NCBI GenBank assembly: GCA_029780855.1
Contig: JAKOXV010000018.1
Location: 54,104-118,103, forward strand
DNA from: a bacterium
Lineage (GTDB): Bacteria > Patescibacteriota > Saccharimonadia > Saccharimonadales > JAUPVS01
DNA: 64,000 nt
Reading direction: 5' to 3'
Part shown: piece by piece, positions 16,705-24,511 of the stretch
Layout of the letters: the number at the start of each line of letters is the position of its first letter
How positions within the stretch are numbered: the stretch's first letter is position 1
Made by a program: the position numbers and the translations under genes
Notes under the pieces: model-generated
What the model was told of the DNA's origin: nothing
Databases searched by the model: none
The model's input: only the letters and a program-made list of their open reading frames with translations

Positions 16705-18737
16705 TGGAACACTCGCACCACGCACACCAACACAGTGAACACCAAGAACACGACAAACACGCTGGTCATTCAGTTGCTATGTTCAAGGATAAGTTCTGGC
16801 TATCGTTTATTTTGACCATACCCGTACTAGCATATAGCGAGATGATACAGCACTGGTTGAACTTTACGCCGCCAGCATTTCCTGGCTCGCAGTATGTGCC
16901 GTTTGTCCTAAGTACCATCATATTCTTTTACGGCGGTACGGTGTTCATCAAGGGTGCGTGGAACGAGTTAAAAGCCAAATTGCCAGGTATGATGACGCTT
17001 ATCAGCCTGGCAATTATCACAGCTTACGTGTATAGCGTTGCAACGCAGTTTTGGCTATCAGGCGAGGGTTTCTTTTGGGAGCTAGCAACTTTGGTAACCA
17101 TTATGCTGCTAGGGCATTGGCTTGAAATGGCATCGGTAGCAAAAGCCGAGGGTGCTTTAGATGCCATATCTAAACTACTGCCTGATAAAGCTGAAAAGTT
17201 AGTCAACGGAAAGCCAAAGCAAGTCTTGGTTAGCGAGCTGAAAGTTGGCGACTTAGTATTGATACGTCCTGGCTCTCGCATTCCTGTTGATGGCGTAATC
17301 ACAGATGGTAAATCGTCAATTGATGAAGCTGCTATCACTGGCGAAAGTAAACCAGTAAGCAAATCTGTAAATGATGAGGTTGTCGCTGGTACGGGCAACC
17401 AAGACGGCTCGCTGACCGTAAAGGTTACGAAAATCGGTCAAGATACAGCACTCGCAGGAATTATGCGGCTTGTTGCCGAAGCTCAAAGCTCAAAATCAAA
17501 TGTGCAGGTACTGGCAGATAAGGCAGCATTTGCCCTTACTATCATTGCTATTGCAACAGCTATCATTACTTTTATTTACTGGGTGTTTGCTAAAGATACG
17601 GCTTTCGCACTTGAACGTTCGGTAACAGTTTTGATTATCGCCTGTCCTCACGCACTTGGCTTAGCAATCCCACTGGTTGTTTCAATTTCAACTGCTATAT
17701 CTGCACGAAGCGGCTTGCTTGTCCGCAAGCGTCTGGCACTGGAAGCGGCTCGCAACCTAGACTGGGTACTTTTTGATAAGACGGGTACGCTTACTAAAGG
17801 CGAACACGGCGTAACGGATATTTGGGCTACAAAAGGTTATACCGAGGAAGATATTTTGCACCTAACCGCTAGTCTTGAGCAGAACAGTGAACATATCGTA
17901 GGTAAAGGCATAGTCGGCGAGGCAACTAAAAGGCACGTTCATTTAGATAAAGTTGAAGACTTTGCCGCTCTGCCTGGTTTGGGTGTTAAGGGCAAATTGC
18001 ACGGTAAAGATAACTTCGTAGCGGCAAGTTATCGTTATATCAAAGAAAATAAACTCAAAGTTCCTGATGATATTGAGCGGTATTCAAAGCAAGCCGCTAA
18101 GGACGGTAAAACTGAGGTTTATTTGATTAAAGATAACCAGTTAGTTGTGGGGGCAATTGCTCTGGCTGATGTTATCCGTGAGCAGTCAAAGCAAGCCATT
18201 GCTGCACTTAAAGCCGAGGGCGTAAAGACTGCAATGGTAACTGGCGACAGCCAAGATGTAGCGGCTTATGTTGCAAAGCAGCTTGGCTTAGACCAGTATT
18301 TTGCTGAGGTGCGACCAGAGGATAAGGCGACAAAGGTTAAAGAATTACAGCGAACTGGCAGCAAAGTGGCATTTGTTGGCGATGGAATAAACGATGCACC
18401 TGCACTAACAACCGCTGATATTGGTATGGCTATCGGTGCTGGCACGGATGTAGCAATCAAATCAGCTGACATTATATTGGTTAAAAGCGACCCAAGAGAT
18501 GTGATAAGGGTAATCCACTTGTCCAAAGCGACTTATCGTAAGATGGTTCAGAACCTGGCGTGGGCTACTGGCTATAATGTGGTAGCTATTCCGCTTGCGG
18601 CAGGTGTGCTTTACGGTTCAGGTATTGTCTTATCGCCAGCGGTTGGAGCTGTTCTAATGTCGCTATCAACTGTGATTGTGGCTATCAATGCTCAGCTGCT
18701 AAGGCGTGTTCACTACCATCCAGGTCATAGCCACTAA
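16704..18737 (+). CDS. copB: Heavy-metal P1B-type ATPase, CopB-like (P1B-3 signature)
   Basis: His-rich N-terminus [24 protein letters not shown] motif CPH ([11 protein letters not shown]). [21 protein letters not shown](x4)P (GYNVVAIP) and MSLST in the last helices, the subgroup 1B-3 hallmarks. Confidence 0.9.
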   Translation: MEHSHHAHQHSEHQEHDKHAGHSVAMFKDKFWLSFILTIPVLAYSEMIQHWLNFTPPAFPGSQYVPFVLSTIIFFYGGTVFIKGAWNELKAKLPGMMTLISLAIITAYVYSVATQFWLSGEGFFWELATLVTIMLLGHWLEMASVAKAEGALDAISKLLPDKAEKLVNGKPKQVLVSELKVGDLVLIRPGSRIPVDGVITDGKSSIDEAAITGESKPVSKSVNDEVVAGTGNQDGSLTVKVTKIGQDTALAGIMRLVAEAQSSKSNVQVLADKAAFALTIIAIATAIITFIYWVFAKDTAFALERSVTVLIIACPHALGLAIPLVVSISTAISARSGLLVRKRLALEAARNLDWVLFDKTGTLTKGEHGVTDIWATKGYTEEDILHLTASLEQNSEHIVGKGIVGEATKRHVHLDKVEDFAALPGLGVKGKLHGKDNFVAASYRYIKENKLKVPDDIERYSKQAAKDGKTEVYLIKDNQLVVGAIALADVIREQSKQAIAALKAEGVKTAMVTGDSQDVAAYVAKQLGLDQYFAEVRPEDKATKVKELQRTGSKVAFVGDGINDAPALTTADIGMAIGAGTDVAIKSADIILVKSDPRDVIRVIHLSKATYRKMVQNLAWATGYNVVAIPLAAGVLYGSGIVLSPAVGAVLMSLSTVIVAINAQLLRRVHYHPGHSH

Positions 18738-18883
18738 GCATTTACTTCAATTTGGCATAAAAAATAGGCATTGCTGCCTAGTTGTTTGAAAGTCTGAGCG
18801 TGTTTTATATCAAGTTATCCGCTAATCTAAATTGTTCAGCCAGATGTTTTAGCTTATAATCCTCTTGAGCAAGCGTAGCTGCC

Positions 18884-18912
18884 GTTTGAAATGCGTCAAC
18901 TATGCTGCACCA
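18884..18912 (+). repeat. 29-nt direct repeat, copy 1 (ends in tRNA-3'-end-like ...CTGCACCA)
   Basis: GTTTGAAATGCGTCAACTATgCTGCACCA, 28/29 identical to 19821-19849. Confidence 0.9.
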
Positions 18913-18955
18913 TTACAACCCAAACGTTTTTTGCCCAGAGAGCTTTCAAACATTT

Positions 18956-18977
18956 AGACCCTTCCGGGTCTTTTTTG
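18956..18977 (+). terminator. Intrinsic terminator upstream of the NTase gene
   Basis: AGACCC-TTCC-GGGTCT followed by TTTTTT. Confidence 0.65.
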
Positions 18978-18990
18978 TTAAGATTGATTT

Positions 18991-19767
18991 ATGAACAACT
19001 TGTTGCCAATTGATTTTAAAGACGAACGTGGGCGAAAAGTTTTTGAAGAAGTAATTGAAAATCTTCCAGAAGACGTTGAAGTTTACCTTATTGCAGGCAG
19101 TCTACGAAACGCAATTGATAGACATTTTCATAGCGGCAGCAAATTAGAGCAGCGAGATTATGACCAAATTGTTATTAAAGGTAGCGATAAGTACCTTGCC
19201 TACCTAAAAAATCTTGGCTTTTATGACGGACGCATTCAGCGACCAACGCAAAAAGTGCAAATCAAATCATTTGTAGGCAATGAAGACCCAGAAGATTTTG
19301 CAAACAACCTTGTTTTTGACATTCATCTAATGGACGGCACGGATGTTCTAGACAACCTCAAAAATCACGTCGGATTAAAAGTAAACGGCAACGCAATCTC
19401 TATTAGGGACATATTTTCTGATGACTGGCAGAATAAACTCGTTTCATTACCAGGTGCATTGCAGTCTATTGAAAAGAAGCAGCTGAAACTAAACCCCGAA
19501 GGCTACAAACACCAAGCGGCAAATTTGTTTTCAGTGATAAGGTTCGTGCATAATGGCTATGAGCCGCCTAGAAAAGAAGACATAATGCTGCTGGTTCAAG
19601 AGCTGCCACGAGTTGAAGATGACCGGTACGAAAAGAATGTACAAAAGGTTTATAAATACGTTGGCGGTGAAGAAAACGCTCGCAAGATTTGCCAAGAGAT
19701 AGGCATAGATTTTAATGTATTTGATAAACAGGCGGTAATCAAGAGATTAAGTCAGGAGACAAATTAA
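18991..19767 (+). CDS. Nucleotidyltransferase-fold protein resembling the head domain of CCA-adding/poly(A) polymerase enzymes (258 aa)
   Basis: VYLIAGSLRNAIDRHF...RDYDQIVIKG parallels the vYLVGGaVRD...kDiDi motif of PolyA_pol/CCA enzymes. A further acidic DIHLMDGTD follows. Assignment is from motif memory only. Confidence 0.45.
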   Translation: MNNLLPIDFKDERGRKVFEEVIENLPEDVEVYLIAGSLRNAIDRHFHSGSKLEQRDYDQIVIKGSDKYLAYLKNLGFYDGRIQRPTQKVQIKSFVGNEDPEDFANNLVFDIHLMDGTDVLDNLKNHVGLKVNGNAISIRDIFSDDWQNKLVSLPGALQSIEKKQLKLNPEGYKHQAANLFSVIRFVHNGYEPPRKEDIMLLVQELPRVEDDRYEKNVQKVYKYVGGEENARKICQEIGIDFNVFDKQAVIKRLSQETN

Positions 19768-19770
19768 AGA

Positions 19771-19797
19771 TAGCCGCAAGATGGGCTAGTTTTTTGT
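19771..19797 (+). terminator. Intrinsic terminator after the NTase gene
   Basis: TAGCC-GCAAGATG-GGCTA followed by GTTTTTTG. Confidence 0.55.
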
Positions 19798-19820
19798 TGT
19801 TGTATTCTTCTATTGCAGAT

Positions 19821-19849
19821 GTTTGAAATGCGTCAACTATCCTGCACCA
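19821..19849 (+). repeat. 29-nt direct repeat, copy 2
   Basis: GTTTGAAATGCGTCAACTATcCTGCACCA. Confidence 0.9.
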
Positions 19850-19887
19850 ATAAGAATGCCCCACCTTGCGTGGGGTTTTCTTATTGG
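19846..19887 (+). terminator. Two-tier terminator hairpin starting at the CCA of repeat copy 2 (same design as genuine tRNA terminators here)
   Basis: CCAATAAGAA-tg-CCCCAC-CTTGC-GTGGGG-t-TTCTTATTGG. Confidence 0.6.
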
Positions 19888-19999
19888 TCTGTGGACGCAC
19901 GGACGCAAAACCGTGAAATTGCGAAGCAATTTGGGTTTGATAATTTGTTTGCTCTCGCAGGAGTTTGCTCCGAGAAAGCAGGCAAATTTCCGGTTATTA

Positions 20000-20014
20000 C
20001 CGTGTTTCGCACCA
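20000..20014 (+). repeat. Putative attR core: 15-nt copy of the tRNA-Gly 3' end
   Basis: CCGTGTTTCGCACCA compared with 6522-6536 CCGTGTCTCGCACCA (14/15). A weaker copy, GGGTTTGA...TCTCGCA, lies at 19933-19960. Confidence 0.6.
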
Positions 20015-20058
20015 TGCTAAAATCATAAACATTAAACTGTAAAAATTAGGAGTAAAAA

Positions 20059-20439
20059 ATGGCTAAATACGTGGACGGTTATGTGCTAGTAGTACCCAAC
20101 GGCAAAGAAGCTGAGTATGAAAAAATGGCCGAAGAAGGCCGTGATCTATGGATGAAGCACGGCGCATTACAATATTTTGAATGCAAGGGTGACGACCTGA
20201 AACAGCAGGATAATGGAGAAGAAAAATCACGTGCCTACAGTGAGATGACTGCTGCTGATGCAGATGAAAATGTGTGGTTTTCTTTTATTATTTTTGAATC
20301 AAAAGAAGCCCGAGACAACGCAAACAAAAAAGTCATGGAAGAGATGGGCGAACTATACAAAGACATGACTAACTTTGAAATGCCAATGGACATAAAGAAA
20401 ATGGCCTACGGTGGTTTTGAAGTCGCCGTAGAAGGATAA
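20059..20439 (+). CDS. DUF1428 family protein
   Basis: MAKYVDGYVLVVPNGKEAEYEKMAEEGRDLWMKHGALQYFECKGDDL is typical of DUF1428. A good RBS (AGGAG) lies 8 nt upstream. Confidence 0.8.
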   Translation: MAKYVDGYVLVVPNGKEAEYEKMAEEGRDLWMKHGALQYFECKGDDLKQQDNGEEKSRAYSEMTAADADENVWFSFIIFESKEARDNANKKVMEEMGELYKDMTNFEMPMDIKKMAYGGFEVAVEG

Positions 20440-20571
20440 CTAGCGTATTTAACACAACAGTTTGTTTACTCCCGTAACGATAAGCTTTTCCACAGCATTA
20501 TTTGTTTGTCTTCCCAATTCAACAAAATGATGATGTTAGACTGAAAATACTAATAAGTGGAGGATCTACTC

Positions 20572-21906
20572 GTGAGAAAACGCCTTATAGCAACTTTAAT
20601 GGCGGCAACAGGAGGGATGCTCCTGGCTATTGCGGGACTATTTCCACTAGCTGCTTCTGCCGCAACACCAACCGTTGAAACGGTGGTAGTAACACCGGGA
20701 GATATGGCCACCAGCGTAGCTGACGTTACAGCACGGCCTAATTCTTGGTTCTTCTATAACGATGAAAACGACACTATTGATAACAGTCTTGGTTCGTTCG
20801 TAAACGGCCCGGCAACGCCGCCCGCTGGTTCTGGCAGCGTTGAAATCAATGTGTCTGGAACACAGCGCCGTAATTTGGCGACATACCAGTTTAGTGGCAC
20901 TAAACTGGCCGACATAACAGAGCTAAAGTTCAGTACCTACAACGCGTCAGCAACAAATGGCGGTAGCGCGAATCGGTCAGGCTACCTGAACTTTAATGTG
21001 GATTTTAACGGTACTGACACCTGGCAAAAACGCCTGGTGTACCTACCTACCGATAACGGTGCTGTGCAGCAGGATACCTGGCAGGAATGGGATGCCGTAA
21101 ACGGCGGAAATGCCCTGTACCGCTACTCTGGCGCTACATGGCCAGGAACCGCTACACCTGGAACAACTCCCCGAACACTGAGCGATGTAATCAGCTCATA
21201 TTCCGGAATACGGATCAGAGTTACAGATTCGTGGTTAGGAATCCGTGTGGGTGAGCCATACGCCGACGGCTACACCGAAAACATCGACAAAGTGGTGTTT
21301 GGCACCGCTAGCAAAGTCACTACCTTTGACTTTGAAGCGGTACGTGCTGCATCGGGAGCGATCGTAAAACCAGTAGAAAACAAGCACTACACCAAAACCC
21401 TCAAACTAAAGGCTACCTACGACGACGGGGATAGCGTTAACGATGATGCGGTGCAATGGGCTGTTCGACAGGGAACATGTGCCGCTGGCACTAACACGGT
21501 ATTCGGCAACGTGGATGGACACAATGATGCCTACCAGTGGGATGGTGCGACCTTTACGGCCAATTTAGACATCCGCTCTACGGCCGCTGGGCAGTACTGC
21601 TTCATCTTTAACCCAACCGATGATCCAGGACAACAGAACGTACGTGAAACACGCACCTTCTACATCGATGCCTACGTACCGCAGGATAAAGACGACTGTA
21701 AGAATAATGGATGGCAAATTTACACGAACCCTAGTTTCAAAAACCAAGGTCAGTGCGTGAAGTATGTCAATCATCACGACGACCACGGCCATGATGGCGA
21801 CCACGATGATCACCACCATAAGCCAACCAAAAAGGAGATCAAAAAAGCCGTTAAGCACTGGTACAAGTACTGGCACAACTGGCACTGGTCATTCTCTAGG
21901 TGGTAA
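20572..21906 (+). CDS. Secreted protein with His/Asp-rich and Trp/Lys-rich C-terminal tail (about 444 aa)
   Basis: GTG start 7 nt after GGAGGA. Signal peptide LMAATGGMLLAIAGLFPLAASA. The tail reads HHDDHGHDGDHDDHHHKPTKKEIKKAVKHWYKYWHNWHWSFSRW. Confidence 0.65.
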   Translation: MRKRLIATLMAATGGMLLAIAGLFPLAASAATPTVETVVVTPGDMATSVADVTARPNSWFFYNDENDTIDNSLGSFVNGPATPPAGSGSVEINVSGTQRRNLATYQFSGTKLADITELKFSTYNASATNGGSANRSGYLNFNVDFNGTDTWQKRLVYLPTDNGAVQQDTWQEWDAVNGGNALYRYSGATWPGTATPGTTPRTLSDVISSYSGIRIRVTDSWLGIRVGEPYADGYTENIDKVVFGTASKVTTFDFEAVRAASGAIVKPVENKHYTKTLKLKATYDDGDSVNDDAVQWAVRQGTCAAGTNTVFGNVDGHNDAYQWDGATFTANLDIRSTAAGQYCFIFNPTDDPGQQNVRETRTFYIDAYVPQDKDDCKNNGWQIYTNPSFKNQGQCVKYVNHHDDHGHDGDHDDHHHKPTKKEIKKAVKHWYKYWHNWHWSFSRW

Positions 21907-21930
21907 TTCACTACCCTAAGTAACCAGCTC

Positions 21931-21965
21931 ATAACCGCTCTGCATCAACCAGAGCGGTTATTTAA
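21931..21965 (+). terminator. Hairpin terminator after the 444-aa gene
   Basis: ATAACCGCTCTG-CATCAAC-CAGAGCGGTTAT followed by TTAAT (weak T-tract). Confidence 0.5.
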
Positions 21966-22040
21966 TGGAAGCATATTACGGGATGAAGCCAAGCTTTTTA
22001 TAGGATTACCGCTGTAATTCTGATAAAATACCACCGTTAT

Positions 22041-22114
22041 GGCGCCGTGGCGGAGTGGTTACGCAGAGGTCTGCAAAACCTTGTACACGAGTTCGAATCT
22101 CGTCGGTGCCTCCA
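22041..22114 (+). tRNA. tRNA-Cys (anticodon GCA), CCA encoded
   Basis: Acceptor GGCGCCG/CGGTGCC. Anticodon arm AGAGGT-CTGCAAA-ACCT.. T arm ACGAG-TTCGAAT-CTCGT. Confidence 0.9.
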
Positions 22115-22202
22115 GGGCGAGTGGCGGAATTGGTATACGCGACGGACTTAAAATCCGTTGGCTGAATAAGCCTTGAGGGTTCGAGTCCCTCCTCGCCCAC
22201 CA
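22115..22202 (+). tRNA. tRNA-Leu (anticodon TAA), CCA encoded; starts at the nucleotide after the tRNA-Cys CCA
   Basis: Acceptor GGGCGAG/CTCGCCC. Anticodon arm CGGA-CTTAAAA-TCCG. Long variable arm. T-loop GGTTCGAGTCC. Confidence 0.9.
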
Positions 22203-22240
22203 AGAACTGAACCCCGTATTTTGCGGGGTTTTGTTCTTGG
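22203..22240 (+). terminator. Two-tier intrinsic terminator after tRNA-Leu(TAA)
   Basis: (CCA)AGAAC-tg-AACCCCG-TATTTT-GCGGGGTT-tt-GTTCTTGG. Confidence 0.7.
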
Positions 22241-22377
22241 CTGAAAGAGGAAGAAACTGAACTGCTTCAGTTTCGTGGGACTCGAACAGGCGGAGCGTTG
22301 TCTGAGTTTGAGCGAAAGTAAAAGGCGAAGACCGCGAGCCGGGCCCGCGAGATTTTTCCGTCAGGAAAAATACTTGT

Positions 22378-22403
22378 GGGTCGAAGTCCCTCCTCGCCCA
22401 CCA
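22378..22403 (+). repeat. Degenerate copy of the 3' end (T-arm to CCA) of tRNA-Leu(TAA)
   Basis: GGGTCGAAGTCCCTCCTCGCCCACCA compared with 22177-22202 GGGTTCGAGTCCCTCCTCGCCCACCA. Confidence 0.85.
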
Positions 22404-22410
22404 CTAAAAA

Positions 22411-22433
22411 GGCTCCCAGGTGGGAGCCTTTTT
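22411..22433. terminator. Bidirectional hairpin terminator (after the tRNA-Leu stub on plus; after the FAD oxidase gene on minus)
   Basis: AAAAA-GGCTCCCA-GGTGGGAGCC-TTTTT. Confidence 0.7.
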
Positions 22434-22450
22434 ATTTGGTTTGCAGATTC

Positions 22451-24088
22451 CTAAGATCGGGGCAAATGATTAGCCAAAGAACTCAATGAATATTCGTTAC
22501 GGAGCAGCGGACGCACAGACTCAGAAGTAACGCCAACTTTTACGCCAGGATTTAGGGTGCCGTACGGGTCAAAAATTGCTTTTACCTTTTCAAACACACC
22601 GTAGATGTCCTGACCGTATAGTTCAGGAAGATATGGTGCTCGCAAACGGCCGTCATTATCTTCCCCACTGGTACTACCACCCAAGGAAATTACCATCTTG
22701 TAGTATTCATCCATGACCCTAAACGCTCGCTGACGGTCACCAACTTGGCTTAGATCAAGTAGCGGCTGTAAGCGCAGGCTTCCGCTACCGGCATGCCCCC
22801 AAACCGCTACATTCAGGTGGTTGCGCGTAAAAATCTCGTACACTGACTTGAGGTACTCTTCAAACCGCTCTACTGGCACGATCCCGTCTTCTATGACCGG
22901 AATCGCTTTGGTATTTCCCTCCACGTGTGCAAACAGTAATGAAGCACTATGCCTAATTTTCCATAGTTCTGCCTGACGCTTGATATCCCGCTCTACATCA
23001 CATGAAACCTCATACTTTTGCAGTATTTTTTGGGTTTTCTTGACCATGCGCTTTTGCTGCCGATCATTAAGCTCATCGAACTCGATCAAAAGTACTAGCT
23101 TGGGGAACGGTTTGTGTAATAGATCCTCGAGAAGATTAGGGTTCTGGGATTCTACAAAATTGAGCAAGTTTTCATCCACCATTTCAACGGCACTTGGTGA
23201 ATCAGGAAGCTTATTGAGATCATGTACGATCTCCCCAGCTGTTTTTAGATCATCACAGTAAGCTACCACAAGCGTTGTCTGAGGGTTGTAAGGTTCGGTA
23301 GAAAGCTCGGCTTGCGTGATGATACCGAGCGTTCCCTGGGAACCGATAAATAAGGGCGTTAGATCCATGGAGCCGTCTTTTTTGCGCACATCCCAAATAT
23401 TAAACCCAGCGGTATTGCGAGGAACTTTGATGGGATTTTCTTGAATGATATCGCGATGTTCCTCAAACAGCTTGTCTAGTGAACGGTATATTTCGCCCTC
23501 AAACGTGGCTAGACCTAGCTTTTTGTTGACCTCACGCTTGCTTATACGTCCGGTGCGGATAACCTCGCCGTTAGCGAGTACTACCTTAAGGCTATGAACA
23601 TACTGCCCCATTGAGCCGTACTTAATACTCTTTTCTCCTGCGGCATTGTTGGCGATTGCTCCACCCACCGTGCTGTACTCTAACGATGCTGGATATGGCG
23701 GCACGTACCTGCCATGGGTATGTAGCGCTTCTTGGAGTTTCCCAAAGTTAATACCCGGCTCAACAGAAACTGCTCCGCTTTTACTATCCAGTTCTAAGAT
23801 TCGGTTAAGATGTGCCGGGAACACCATTACGATTCCGCTACCAATAGCCGCACCGCCAAAATCAGTCCCGGAGCCCCGTGAAGTTATGGGTATGACCCTG
23901 CCCCGCTCTGCTAGCTGCCAGCAAAATCTTGCCGTTTTGCGAATGTCATTTTCATTCCGCGGATATAAAACAACCGATGGCATCACGCTAAAAACGCTTG
24001 CATCGGTAGAAAAATAACGCCTAATTTCAGGATTGGCCATTACCTCACCTAGGACATGTTCCTGGAGGTACAGTGCGACCTTATTCAT
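22451..24088 (-). CDS. FAD-linked oxidase / GlcD-like dehydrogenase
   Basis: FAD_binding_4 pattern PSVVLYPRNENDIRKTARFC...ITSRGSGTDFGGAAIG, plus the C-terminal FAD-oxidase_C motif GSTSGEDNDGRLRAPYL...FDPYGTLNPG. Start chosen at the ATG at 24088; an alternative TTG is at 24115. Confidence 0.85.
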   Translation of the reverse strand: MNKVALYLQEHVLGEVMANPEIRRYFSTDASVFSVMPSVVLYPRNENDIRKTARFCWQLAERGRVIPITSRGSGTDFGGAAIGSGIVMVFPAHLNRILELDSKSGAVSVEPGINFGKLQEALHTHGRYVPPYPASLEYSTVGGAIANNAAGEKSIKYGSMGQYVHSLKVVLANGEVIRTGRISKREVNKKLGLATFEGEIYRSLDKLFEEHRDIIQENPIKVPRNTAGFNIWDVRKKDGSMDLTPLFIGSQGTLGIITQAELSTEPYNPQTTLVVAYCDDLKTAGEIVHDLNKLPDSPSAVEMVDENLLNFVESQNPNLLEDLLHKPFPKLVLLIEFDELNDRQQKRMVKKTQKILQKYEVSCDVERDIKRQAELWKIRHSASLLFAHVEGNTKAIPVIEDGIVPVERFEEYLKSVYEIFTRNHLNVAVWGHAGSGSLRLQPLLDLSQVGDRQRAFRVMDEYYKMVISLGGSTSGEDNDGRLRAPYLPELYGQDIYGVFEKVKAIFDPYGTLNPGVKVGVTSESVRPLLRNEYSLSSLANHLPRS

Positions 24089-24163
24089 ACCTAAAGTTAC
24101 CCCTATATTCAACAATTAGTAATAGTTTTTTTACTCATTTATCATAGCACACCGGGAGCAACC

Positions 24164-24250
24164 TGGTGCGGATGAGAGGACTTGAACCTCCACGGGATTA
24201 CTCCCACTACGTCCTGAACGTAGCGCGTCTACCAATTCCGCCACATCCGC
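24164..24250 (-). tRNA. tRNA-Leu (anticodon CAG), CCA encoded
   Basis: Reverse complement: acceptor GCGGATG/CATCCGC, anticodon arm CTACG-TTCAGGA-CGTAG, long variable arm, T-loop GGTTCAAGTCC. Confidence 0.9.
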
Positions 24251-24380
24251 ATACTTTTTAACCATAGGTTCAAGAAATTATTATAGAGGACTTGGTCACC
24301 TCCGGCGACCCCGAAACTTCACTGTTGCCAACAAGTTGTCACCGGAAGGTTTCCTTGCAACATGCCACTGGCATGTTTCA

Positions 24381-24446
24381 CCTCCACGGGATTACTCCCG
24401 TCTTGCGTCCTGAACGTAGCGCCATCGCCTATTCCGCCACATCCGC
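24381..24446 (-). pseudogene. Decayed upstream copy of tRNA-Leu(CAG), 5' end to T-stem
   Basis: In sense orientation: GCGGATGTGGCGGAATaGGcgAtgGCGCTACGTTCAGGACGcAagacGGGAGTAATCCCGTGGAGG. The anticodon stem is broken. An insertion of about 85 nt precedes a T-arm-like GGAGGTgaCCAAGTCCTCT (24279-24297). No acceptor 3' strand remains. Confidence 0.8.
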
Positions 24447-24511
24447 ATACTTTTTTACCTATGGTCGCGTCTATGGTACGGTTTTTAGGCTAAAAACTCA
24501 AGAGGTAGCGG

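Larger units (their letters stand above)
6537..20014. mobile_element. Integrative element (about 13.5 kb) at the 3' end of tRNA-Gly, with serine recombinase, replication/maintenance genes, Cu/Zn resistance cargo and an NTase cassette
   Basis: The recombinase gene abuts the tRNA. The last 15 nt of the tRNA (CCGTGTCTCGCACCA, 6522-6536) recur as CCGTGTTTCGCACCA at 20000-20014. An excisionase-like HTH and a Rep-like gene lie inside. The right boundary is approximate because several degenerate tRNA-3'-end-like repeats lie between 18.9 and 20.0 kb. Confidence 0.7.

Noticed and set aside
6541-19828. GTTTGAA(A) motif recurring near island junctions (6541, 18794, 18884, inverted at 18941, 19821)
   Set aside because: A 7-8-mer in AT-rich DNA is too short to be significant on its own. 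Two of the hits are already explained by the 29-bp direct repeat. It is kept only as a hint for recombinase half-sites.
22241-22403. tmRNA or intron-containing/split tRNA interpretation of the hairpin-rich spacer ending in a tRNA-like T-arm/acceptor/CCA
   Set aside because: No complementary 5' acceptor strand, no tag-peptide reading frame and no pseudoknot series could be found. The same 3' stub phenomenon occurs at other tRNAs, which favours a recombination scar.
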